Assembly: GCA_049510745.1 (NCBI GenBank) | Contig: JBEKYR010000008.1 | Location: 210,232-274,231, forward strand | Reading direction: 5' to 3' | DNA from: Verrucomicrobiota bacterium | GTDB lineage: Bacteria; Verrucomicrobiota; Verrucomicrobiia; Limisphaerales; Palsa-1400 | DNA: 64,000 nucleotides | In this document: positions 49,219-57,902 of the stretch, one piece after another | How the letters are laid out: every line of letters begins with the position of its first letter | How positions within the stretch are numbered: position 1 is the first letter of the stretch | The notes under the pieces: generated by a model | Told to the model about the DNA's origin: nothing | Database searches by the model: none | Seen by the model: only the letters and a program-made list of their open reading frames with translations | Translations under genes and position numbers: made by a program

Positions 49219-50058
49219 ATGCATCGCAAACCTTCCATCTTGTTTCGGTGGCCGGCCTGGGGCGCGGCGGGCTGGGCCATGACGCTGGCTGCCGCCGGCG
49301 TGACCGTGTCCGATCTGCAAACGCAACTGGCCGGCGGCGGGAAGATCACGGTGGTTGATGTCCGCGACCCGGCGGTTTTTGCGCAGGCCCATATTCCCGG
49401 CGCGATCAACATTCCCGCCGAGGTGTGCCAGCGGAAGAATTTGCCGCCGCTGGGCCGGGTGGTCATTTACGGCGATGGCCTGGGCCGGGACGCCGCCAGC
49501 ATGGTGGATGAGGCGGCGGCGGCGCTGGGAAAAAAGCCGGGAATCACCGCGGAAATCCTCGAAGGCGGCTTTGCCGCCTGGGAAAGCGCGCATGGCCTGA
49601 CGACGCGCCGCGAGGGCAAGAGACCCGAAGCATTCAACTACATCACCTACGCCCAATTGAAGGCGGCCAAGGCGGGCGGCGTGATCCTGGTTGATTTGCG
49701 CAATCCCACGGCTGCCGCGCGGCAATCCCTGGCCGCCGGCTCCAATTCCCCCACCCAGCCGCTGACCGACCTGGGCCGGGAATTTCCCGGCCTGAGCCTG
49801 GCCAAATCCGTCCCGGAAAAAAGCGCCTCCGGCAAGTCCGGCGCCGCGCCTTTGCTGGTTTTGATTGACAGTGCCGATGGCGCGGCGGAGGCGGCGGCCC
49901 GGGCGCTCAAAGGGAGCGGCGTCAAACGTTATGCCATCCTGGCCGGCGGCGAGTTGATTCTGGCGCGCCACGGCCAGGCGGGTTCGCAGCGAAGCAGTGC
50001 GGGCATCGTTGGGTCAGGCCAAAACCCGGCCCCGGTCCAGGGCGCAACCAACTATTAA
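49219..50058 (+). CDS. Exported tandem rhodanese-like domain protein lacking catalytic Cys
   Basis: VVDVRDPAVFAQAHIPGAINIP...ILEGGFAAW; second domain LVDLR...ILAGG. Confidence 0.8.
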   Translation: MHRKPSILFRWPAWGAAGWAMTLAAAGVTVSDLQTQLAGGGKITVVDVRDPAVFAQAHIPGAINIPAEVCQRKNLPPLGRVVIYGDGLGRDAASMVDEAAAALGKKPGITAEILEGGFAAWESAHGLTTRREGKRPEAFNYITYAQLKAAKAGGVILVDLRNPTAAARQSLAAGSNSPTQPLTDLGREFPGLSLAKSVPEKSASGKSGAAPLLVLIDSADGAAEAAARALKGSGVKRYAILAGGELILARHGQAGSQRSSAGIVGSGQNPAPVQGATNY

Positions 50059-50063
50059 AGAAC

Positions 50064-53000
50064 ATGATTTCGTCAACCCCATCTTCCCTGCAGGCGCCCG
50101 GCCGGGCACGGTTCGGAGGGAATTGGGCGCTGACGTTGGCCCTCCTGATCCTCGGCGCGTATTCGGCCGCCGCGCAGATCGTCGTCACCAATGTCACGAC
50201 GGTCAATGTGACCCTCGGCGGTTTCTCCGTCGTCGGAGCCGTCTCGCCCGCGATCACGCCTTCGATGACGGCCTCCATTTCCGTTTTCGCTGATGCGGGG
50301 GGCGTGACCAACTTGGCGGGACAAGTGGGCATCGAATACTATCCGCTGCACACCGGCGATCCGACGCTGACCAATGCCTACGACCGCCTTGTGGGCGAGG
50401 CGGCCTTGCGCCAGCAGACCATGGGTTTGGGCCTCTTTTATGCGCGGGTCTCGGACTGCTCCCCCGGCACGGCTTACTTCTATCTTGTTGCAGTCTCCAA
50501 CACCAACGGCCAAACCACCCTCTTCCCCGCCTCAGGCCCGCTGCCGTCGGTGACAACGGCCCGGGAAACCTCTTTCGTGTTGGATTCCGAGCAACTGATT
50601 GTCACGCTCAACGACTCCAGCCCCGCCGGGGCCATCCTCACGCTTTCCAATACCAATACTCCCAGTGTTTTGGCGGCGGTGGTGGGCGATGGCGCGGGCG
50701 CCAACCAGGCGTTCTTCAGCCTGAATGATTTTATCGCCGCGGCGGGCGGGACGAATTATCTGCCGGTGGGAAACCAGCAGTTCACGGCCCATGTTCTGGG
50801 GCTGTCCCCGCAAGGTCTCTCGCAGACTTACACCGTGGCGTTTTCGACCAATTTTTCGGTCGGATCAGCGACGCCGGAGGTTCTTGGCGGCGGGTCGGCG
50901 ACGACCTTGGCGGCCTCGGCCATTACCGCCGGCAGCGCGACGTTGAACGCCTCGGTCAATCCGAACGGGGCGCCAACCACGGTCTATTTCGAATGGGGAG
51001 CGACCACCAATTACGGCAGTGTGACGAGCAGCGATGTTCTGTCGGCGAACTTGAACACCGCTCAACCCGTGGCGCTGGGCATAGGCGGATTGCTGCCGGG
51101 CGCCACCATCCACTTCCAGGTGGTGGCGGTGAACAGCGCCGGGACCAGTTACGGGGGCGATTTGACGCTGGTCACGCCCGCCTTGCCGCCGACGGACGTT
51201 ACCTTGCCCGCCTCAGGCATCACCCCGACCAATGCAACGCTCAATTCTTCTGTCACACCAAATGGCGCTCCCACCGCCGTTTTCTTCCGATGGGGCGCGA
51301 CGACCAATTACGGCAATTTCACCGCGACGAACACCATTTCTTCCAAGTTGAGCAGCGCCCGCGCGGTGGCGATGCCCATTGGCGGGCTGACACCCGGCGC
51401 GACCAATCACTTTCAGATCGTGGCGGTCAACAATAGCGGGACGGCCTACGGCGCGGACCTCACGGTTGTCACGCTGCCGTTGCCGCCGCTCGCGGTGACC
51501 TGGGCCGCTTCAGGCATCACCCCCACCAATGCGACGCTCAATGCTTCGGTCACGCCCAACGGCGCGCCCACCGCGGTTTTCTTTCAATGGGGTGCGACGA
51601 TAAATTACGGCAACTTCACGGCGGCCAATACGTTGTCGGCCAATTTGAGCACGGCGCAGGCGGTGTCGGCGCTCATCAGCAACTTATTGCCCGGCACGAC
51701 CAACCATTTCCAAGCGGCGGCCTCGAACAGCGCCGGAACCTCTTACGGCGCGGATTTGACGGTGGTCACGCCGTCTCAGCCGCCGATCGCCGTGACCCTG
51801 GCCGCCTCAGGCATTACTCCGACCAATGCAACGCTCAATGCTTCGGTCACACCCAATGGCGCGCCTACCGCGGTTTTCTTCCAATGGGGCGCGACGACCA
51901 ATTACGGCAACTTCACGGCGGCCAATACGTTGTCGGCCAGTTTTTACACGGCGCAGGCGGTGGCGCTGGTGATCAGCAACTTATTGCCCGGCACGACCAA
52001 CCATTTCCAAGCGGCGGCCTCGAACAGCGCCGGAACTTCTTACGGCGCGGATTTGACGGTGGTCACGCCGTCTCAGCCGCCAATCGCCGTGACCCTGGCC
52101 GCTTCAGGCGTCACCCTGACCAACGCAACGCTCAATGCTTCGGTGACACCCAATGGCGCGCCTGCCACGGTTTTCTTCCGATGGGGCGCGACAACCAATT
52201 ACGGCAACTTCACCGCGACGAACATCATTTCGTCCAAGTTGAGCAGCGCCCGCGCGGTGGCGATGACCATTGGCGGACTGGCGCCCGGCACAACCAACCA
52301 TTTCCAAGTGGTGGCCTCGAACAGCGCCGGAACCTCCTACGGTGCGGATTTGACGTTGGTCACGACGCTCCAACCGCCGCTGGCCGTGACCCTGGCGGCA
52401 ACGGGTGTCACCTCGAACAGCGTTGTGCTTAACGGCAGCGTCAATCCGAATGGCGCCGTTACAACGGTCTATTTTCAATGGGGCGGCAGCGCCAGCTATG
52501 GCAACTTCACGGCAACCAACACAATTCCCTCCGGCTACAGCGTTGTTTTCGTCAGCAACGGGATTTCAGGACTGGCGCCGTTGACGCTCTACCATTACCA
52601 GGTCATCGCCGCCAACAGCGCCGGAACAAATTACGGCGCCGATCAGACCGTCCTGACCCCGTTGCCGCCCGTGGCCGTCACCTCGCCGGGCGCCATCACG
52701 AACGCCGCGACAACGTTCAAAGCCGTGGTGACCCCCAACGGCGCGCCCACAACCAGTTGGTTTGAATGGGGCACAACGATCGCTTACGGCAACGCCACCC
52801 AGCCAGCCAGCGTCGGCGCTTCTCTCAGCGCGAATTCGTTCAGCAGTCTGCAAACCGGATTCCCGCCCGGCATCGTCTATCACTACCGGGCGGTCGCGAC
52901 CAATTACCTTGGCCGCGCCAACGGCGCCGATGCCCTTCTGGAGTCCGCGGTCATTTCGTTGAATGGCGCAAATCCGTTGACCAACCAATGCCATTCGCCC

Positions 53001-54446
53001 TTCGTTGATCCGGGCGTTCACTTGGTTTCGGCCGCGCCGCTGGCGATTGCGGCCGCCTCGGGTGGCGCTTTCAGCCTGGCCCTGAAGGCCGATGGCACGG
53101 TGGCTGGATGGGGCCAGAACACCTACCGTCAGGCCACGCCGCCACTGAATGTGAGTAACGTCCTTGCCGTCTCCGCCGGACAGGATTTTGGCCTGGCGCT
53201 GGTCACAGGAGGGACAGTCCGCGGATGGGGTTGGAATGGCCAGGGCCAGATTACCATCCCATCGAGCTTGACCAACGCCGTCGGCATCGCCGCCGGGCTG
53301 GATTTTGGTCTGGCCGTCAAAACCGATGGAACAGTGGCGGCCTGGGGCGACAGCAGCGATGGCGCGTTGAGCGTCCCTGCCAGCCTGACCAATGCGGTCT
53401 CGGCCGCCGCCGGCGGCTTTGGCGTTGCCCTGACACGCAACGGCACGGTAACGGGATGGGGCGATGATTCGTATGGGGAAACGATCATTCCGGCGAATCT
53501 GACCAACGTTGTCTCGGTTGCGGCCGGCATTTACCACGGCTTGGCGCTCAACGGTGACGGAACCGTGGTGGCTTGGGGCCAGGACTATTACGGTCAAACG
53601 GACGTTCCGTCCGGTCTGAGCAACGTCATCGCCATCGCCGCCGGCAGCTATCACAATCTGGCCCTGCGAGCCAATGGCACCGTGGCCGCGTGGGGTGATG
53701 ACAGCTACGGCGAGGCGGACGTTCCGGCCAATTTGACCAATGTGGTGGCCGTCGCCGCCAGCGATTTTCACAGTCTGGCGCTCCAATCCGGCGGCGCCGT
53801 GATCGCGTGGGGCGATAACAGCCTGGGAGAGTTGAACGTCCCGGCCACTCTCACCAATTTGAATGTCAGCGTCGCAGTCCTGAACCCTGTCGATACCAAT
53901 ACGCCCGACGCTTACGCGCTCAGCTATGCGGTCATCGATTTTCTTGGGGGCGTCGGCACGACCAACCGCAGCGTGGAGGTGGTGGACACCCTTCCGCCCG
54001 TTCTGACCCTTCTGGGCGCCAACCCGTTCACCAACCTGCTGAACACGCCGTGGGTCGATCCCGGAGCGAGTGCCATGGACGCTTGCGCGGGCAACTTGAC
54101 CGCCGGCATCGTGACCAATGGCGCGGTCAACACATCGGTGGCCGGAAGTTATGTCCTGACCTACTCGGTCGCCGATCCGAGCGGCAATACGGCCGTCACC
54201 AATCGCCTTGTGATCGTGAGCACTTCAGCGCCGATGTTTCAGCAGGCGACCGTGGCAAGTCACGCCATCACCTTCACTTGGAGTTCCGTGGCGGGCGCGA
54301 CCTACCAGGTGCAATACAAGAACAACCTTAATCAGCCGGCATGGAGCAATCTCGCGGCTCCCGTCGTCGCCGGCGGCGCCACGGTCTCCGCCAGCGACGG
54401 GATTACCAACACCGACCGCTTTTACCGCATCGTTCAATTGCCGTAG
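50064..54446 (+). CDS. Secreted protein with FN3-like tandem repeats, RCC1/BLIP-II-type repeats, Ig-like domain and C-terminal FYR domain
   Basis: About seven ATLNASVTPNG..FQWG.TTNYG units; HxLAL..dGTVvAWG repeats; DTLPPVLTLLGANP; ends FYRIVQLP. Confidence 0.88.
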   Translation: MISSTPSSLQAPGRARFGGNWALTLALLILGAYSAAAQIVVTNVTTVNVTLGGFSVVGAVSPAITPSMTASISVFADAGGVTNLAGQVGIEYYPLHTGDPTLTNAYDRLVGEAALRQQTMGLGLFYARVSDCSPGTAYFYLVAVSNTNGQTTLFPASGPLPSVTTARETSFVLDSEQLIVTLNDSSPAGAILTLSNTNTPSVLAAVVGDGAGANQAFFSLNDFIAAAGGTNYLPVGNQQFTAHVLGLSPQGLSQTYTVAFSTNFSVGSATPEVLGGGSATTLAASAITAGSATLNASVNPNGAPTTVYFEWGATTNYGSVTSSDVLSANLNTAQPVALGIGGLLPGATIHFQVVAVNSAGTSYGGDLTLVTPALPPTDVTLPASGITPTNATLNSSVTPNGAPTAVFFRWGATTNYGNFTATNTISSKLSSARAVAMPIGGLTPGATNHFQIVAVNNSGTAYGADLTVVTLPLPPLAVTWAASGITPTNATLNASVTPNGAPTAVFFQWGATINYGNFTAANTLSANLSTAQAVSALISNLLPGTTNHFQAAASNSAGTSYGADLTVVTPSQPPIAVTLAASGITPTNATLNASVTPNGAPTAVFFQWGATTNYGNFTAANTLSASFYTAQAVALVISNLLPGTTNHFQAAASNSAGTSYGADLTVVTPSQPPIAVTLAASGVTLTNATLNASVTPNGAPATVFFRWGATTNYGNFTATNIISSKLSSARAVAMTIGGLAPGTTNHFQVVASNSAGTSYGADLTLVTTLQPPLAVTLAATGVTSNSVVLNGSVNPNGAVTTVYFQWGGSASYGNFTATNTIPSGYSVVFVSNGISGLAPLTLYHYQVIAANSAGTNYGADQTVLTPLPPVAVTSPGAITNAATTFKAVVTPNGAPTTSWFEWGTTIAYGNATQPASVGASLSANSFSSLQTGFPPGIVYHYRAVATNYLGRANGADALLESAVISLNGANPLTNQCHSPFVDPGVHLVSAAPLAIAAASGGAFSLALKADGTVAGWGQNTYRQATPPLNVSNVLAVSAGQDFGLALVTGGTVRGWGWNGQGQITIPSSLTNAVGIAAGLDFGLAVKTDGTVAAWGDSSDGALSVPASLTNAVSAAAGGFGVALTRNGTVTGWGDDSYGETIIPANLTNVVSVAAGIYHGLALNGDGTVVAWGQDYYGQTDVPSGLSNVIAIAAGSYHNLALRANGTVAAWGDDSYGEADVPANLTNVVAVAASDFHSLALQSGGAVIAWGDNSLGELNVPATLTNLNVSVAVLNPVDTNTPDAYALSYAVIDFLGGVGTTNRSVEVVDTLPPVLTLLGANPFTNLLNTPWVDPGASAMDACAGNLTAGIVTNGAVNTSVAGSYVLTYSVADPSGNTAVTNRLVIVSTSAPMFQQATVASHAITFTWSSVAGATYQVQYKNNLNQPAWSNLAAPVVAGGATVSASDGITNTDRFYRIVQLP
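50899..52945 (+). repeat. Intragenic tandem repeat, 297-bp period in the core
   Basis: GC(C/T)TCAGGC... unit anchors near 51210, 51507, 51804 and 52101; central copies almost identical. Confidence 0.85.
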
Positions 54447-54507
54447 CGGGCGCTAAAATCCGAATTCCATGAGCGATGCGAATCTGCTCTTACAACAAGA
54501 TGAAACA

Positions 54508-56217
54508 ATGAAAACATTCAAAGCACGCACGAGGGTCACGGAAGTTTGCGCGTTCGCCGTCGCGCTTTCCCTGGCCTCCTCAGCTCCGAATTCCCGCGCC
54601 AATGTTTGCGCGACGGACATCAAACTGAACGGCGCGATGGCCAGCATCAAGACGCTCCCCGGCAGGAATGTTGTCAACATTAGCTACATCCTGAACGAGC
54701 CGGCTACCGCGGGCGTGACGATCAACGTTCTTTCAGGCAGCAATGTGATCCGCGCCATCAATCTTCCCGCCGGGAATCCGGGCGCGCTCCGGGGCACGAA
54801 TTTGGTCGTCTGGGATGGCAATGACAGCCATACAAACGCCGTGCCGGCCGGAACTTATTCCATTGCTGTGACGCCGGCGGCGACAGGTTACACCAACTGG
54901 ACGCAAATCAGCGTGGACACCAACGCCGGCAACTATGTGTATCACCCTTACGGCATCGCTGTGGATAACAATACCAACAGCCCGTACTATGGCCGCGTGC
55001 TGGTGGGGAATTCACAGACGGGGCCCAATTCCGCCACCGTCCCTGGCGACAAGGACGGCATCCTCAAATGCAACGCCGACGGCAGTTTTGCGGACGAGGG
55101 CGGTTTTGGAAACGGGGGCTATAACGTGTCGGACACCGGCGAAACCGCCGCGCCCGGCGAAATGGTGGACGATGGCTACAACGACCTGCCGCAAAAAATG
55201 AGGATCGGAGAGGATGACCGGCTTTACATGAACGATTGGACCGGTTATGGCCGGGTGGTCGCGTTTGACATGGCGGTGACGACCAATCAGACGGTGCTCA
55301 GTTCCGCCAATTACGCCAGCAACCCCTTTTTCGACAACAGCATGGCCACGGGCTGGAATTCCCTCGACGTGACGGGCGCCGGCACGACCAACGGCCTGCT
55401 CTGGTACGGCGCTTATGACTCCCCCAATTCCGCAGGCATCTGGATCTGGCATCTGACCAACGGCGTGGCCAACCCCGCTGACACCACCGGCACGCAGGCC
55501 ATCGGCGCGGGCGGCTCCTTGACGCAATCGGCCAACGGCGGGATCATGGTGGACACCAATTATGACATTTTCGCGGGCCAGTACGGGACCGCGGTCGGAA
55601 ACCAGAGATGCATGGTCTTCACGAATTGGAACAAAGGCAGCGCCTGGGGCGGGTCGGCGGAGCTGACGAGAACAGCCTGGGCCGCCGGCGGCGCCGATGG
55701 AACGTTTCTCAACAATTACGATCTCACGATCAATTCGCGCCAGCACCCGGTGTATGCGGCTTGCGCCATGGTGGGACCCAATGCCTTCGGCATCCGCATT
55801 CTGAATGCGACCAATGGAAGCACCATTCAAACCAATCTGGACTGGCCCAACGCTTATAGCATTACCGCCTGGGACAACGTGGGCAATCTCTACGCCGGCT
55901 CTCCTTCGTTGCATGTGTGGCGGGTCTTTTCACCGCCGGCCGGCGCCAACCAATCCACCACGATTGCCGTGGAGACAATCCAGGTGATTGCTTCGCCCTC
56001 ATTTACCGGTCTCTCGGATCTGAACGGCACTGTCACCCTCAACTTCACCGCCGCCTCCTCCGATTCCCCCGCGGCCTTTACGTTGCAGAGAGCGCCGTCG
56101 GTCGCGGGTCCGTACGCGGATGTGCCGGGCGCCCATGCGACGCAGAACAGCCCGGGCCTTTTCAGCTTTTCGACGACGACCAACGGCGCGACGCAATTCT
56201 ACCGCATTCGGCGTTAG
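54508..56217 (+). CDS. Secreted FlgD-Ig-like domain protein with beta-rich core and C-terminal FYR domain
   Basis: Signal peptide; ISYILNEPA...VWDGNDSHTNAVPAGTYSIAV; ends QFYRIRR. Confidence 0.8.
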   Translation: MKTFKARTRVTEVCAFAVALSLASSAPNSRANVCATDIKLNGAMASIKTLPGRNVVNISYILNEPATAGVTINVLSGSNVIRAINLPAGNPGALRGTNLVVWDGNDSHTNAVPAGTYSIAVTPAATGYTNWTQISVDTNAGNYVYHPYGIAVDNNTNSPYYGRVLVGNSQTGPNSATVPGDKDGILKCNADGSFADEGGFGNGGYNVSDTGETAAPGEMVDDGYNDLPQKMRIGEDDRLYMNDWTGYGRVVAFDMAVTTNQTVLSSANYASNPFFDNSMATGWNSLDVTGAGTTNGLLWYGAYDSPNSAGIWIWHLTNGVANPADTTGTQAIGAGGSLTQSANGGIMVDTNYDIFAGQYGTAVGNQRCMVFTNWNKGSAWGGSAELTRTAWAAGGADGTFLNNYDLTINSRQHPVYAACAMVGPNAFGIRILNATNGSTIQTNLDWPNAYSITAWDNVGNLYAGSPSLHVWRVFSPPAGANQSTTIAVETIQVIASPSFTGLSDLNGTVTLNFTAASSDSPAAFTLQRAPSVAGPYADVPGAHATQNSPGLFSFSTTTNGATQFYRIRR

Positions 56218-57854
56218 CGGGCCGTTGCCTGCACGCGGTAGAAGGACTCGCCAAAGGCGGGGGCGGGATCGGTCAGGATGATGAGGTTTCCATTGGTCGA
56301 AGCCGCGGAGTTGGTGACCGGTGACCAGAGAGGATTGGCCAGTTGTGGCGTTCGCCAAAGGGAGTAATCCAGGCCCGCCCGAAAATTGGCCGAGATAATG
56401 ATTTGATTGTTGGTCCACTGAATGTTGGAAAAGTTCGGCAGCGTGGCCGCCGCCGCCGCCGCCGCCGCCGCAAAATTGATCCGGCCCCAGCCGTAATACT
56501 CATCCCAGCCTGCCGAACCAAAGTCAACCGATGTGTCTTGCAAGATGGCAATGAGATCATCCGGGCCGAGCGTGGGATTCAGCCCCAGTATCCAGGCCGC
56601 CACGCCGCAGAATAACGGGGCGGCATAGCTGCAGCCGGTGCCGTAGGCATACCCTCCCGAAGTTGTGGTGGAATAAATCTGGTAACCGGGCGCGGCAAAA
56701 TCAATATACGGGCCGTACATGGTTCCCTGGAAATTGTCGGCGGCATCAGTCATGGAGATGCAATAAATGTCCGGCTGGTTGGGGCCGTCGAGCGGTCCGC
56801 TCCCATCGACGGCGGACATGACGAGGATGCCGGCGGCATTGGTCTTGAGATAATAGCCGGCGGTTTCCAGCGCGGCATTCGTGGCTCCGCTCCAGCTTAT
56901 GTTGACGACGCGCACGCCGTGATCCGCCGCCCAAATGGTGGCATTGTACATCTCGCTGATGGCGCCGTTGATGTTGATGGGGAGAATCCGGCAGTTGGCC
57001 GCGCCGGCGACTCCCAGGCCGTTGTTAATCACCGCCGCCGCCATGCCGGCGCACATCGTCGAATGCGCCAGGCCGGCGCTGGAATCGACCGGCACATTGG
57101 CGACGACGTCCCACCCGCTGACGGTGTTCCCGGCCAAATCCGGGTGATCCATCTGGAACGGCGTGTCCACTATCGCGATGCGGACCGTGTGCTGACCCAG
57201 ACCGTAATTCCATGCCAGATAACTGCCGATGACCTTGTGATGCCACTGCGCCCCGATCAGCTGGTCGTCAGGGGTAAACTGCCGCTGCTCAAAGGTGTCC
57301 AGTTCCGCAAAAGCGACGTCCGGCCGGGCCGCCAAAGCCCGGACGGCCTCCCATTCACGCATCGGTTCGACGCGCAAGGCGCTGACGTGCGCCTGGGCGC
57401 GGAACTTGAGCAGAATCGTTTCCGGATTGAAGAGGGTGACTTTGCCCGGACTTTCCAGGAGCCTGCCAAACCGTCGTTGCTGATAATTAAGATGGGCCAG
57501 AGTGTTGGCTTCGGGCAGTGGAACCGTGTGATTCGTCAATTGAGGGGAGGCCAATTCCGAAAAAAGCACAAGGCCGGGAATGCGCCGGCCCGGAAGTTCC
57601 CGGGATAATTGCCGCCGGGGAGCGGAGTCTGGCCAATCCGGAGGCAATCTTAAGACTTCGTCCGACACTGAAGCATAAGGCAGTTGTGTCTGGCGGAACT
57701 CTGCCGGAGGCTCAGTCAAGCTGTCCTTCCGCAAGATGGAAGGGGAAGCCGGGACGGGCTGAACGCTCTGCTTCGCCTCGCGGATGCCGGTTTCGGCGCT
57801 CCCACCGCCGGGCGAACACAGTGCCACGAAGAGGACCGCAACGCAGATTCTCAT
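56214..57854 (-). CDS. Secreted S8 (subtilisin-like) serine peptidase with C-terminal FYR domain
   Basis: IAIVDT..MDHPDL, AHSTMCAG, DFAAPG, TGCSYAAP and YYGWGRIN; ends SFYRVQATAR. Confidence 0.88.
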   Translation of the reverse strand: MRICVAVLFVALCSPGGGSAETGIREAKQSVQPVPASPSILRKDSLTEPPAEFRQTQLPYASVSDEVLRLPPDWPDSAPRRQLSRELPGRRIPGLVLFSELASPQLTNHTVPLPEANTLAHLNYQQRRFGRLLESPGKVTLFNPETILLKFRAQAHVSALRVEPMREWEAVRALAARPDVAFAELDTFEQRQFTPDDQLIGAQWHHKVIGSYLAWNYGLGQHTVRIAIVDTPFQMDHPDLAGNTVSGWDVVANVPVDSSAGLAHSTMCAGMAAAVINNGLGVAGAANCRILPININGAISEMYNATIWAADHGVRVVNISWSGATNAALETAGYYLKTNAAGILVMSAVDGSGPLDGPNQPDIYCISMTDAADNFQGTMYGPYIDFAAPGYQIYSTTTSGGYAYGTGCSYAAPLFCGVAAWILGLNPTLGPDDLIAILQDTSVDFGSAGWDEYYGWGRINFAAAAAAAAATLPNFSNIQWTNNQIIISANFRAGLDYSLWRTPQLANPLWSPVTNSAASTNGNLIILTDPAPAFGESFYRVQATAR

Positions 57855-57902
57855 CGCGACCAGCAATACCGGATGCGGAGTCGTTTTCCCAGCCCGTAAC
57901 GC

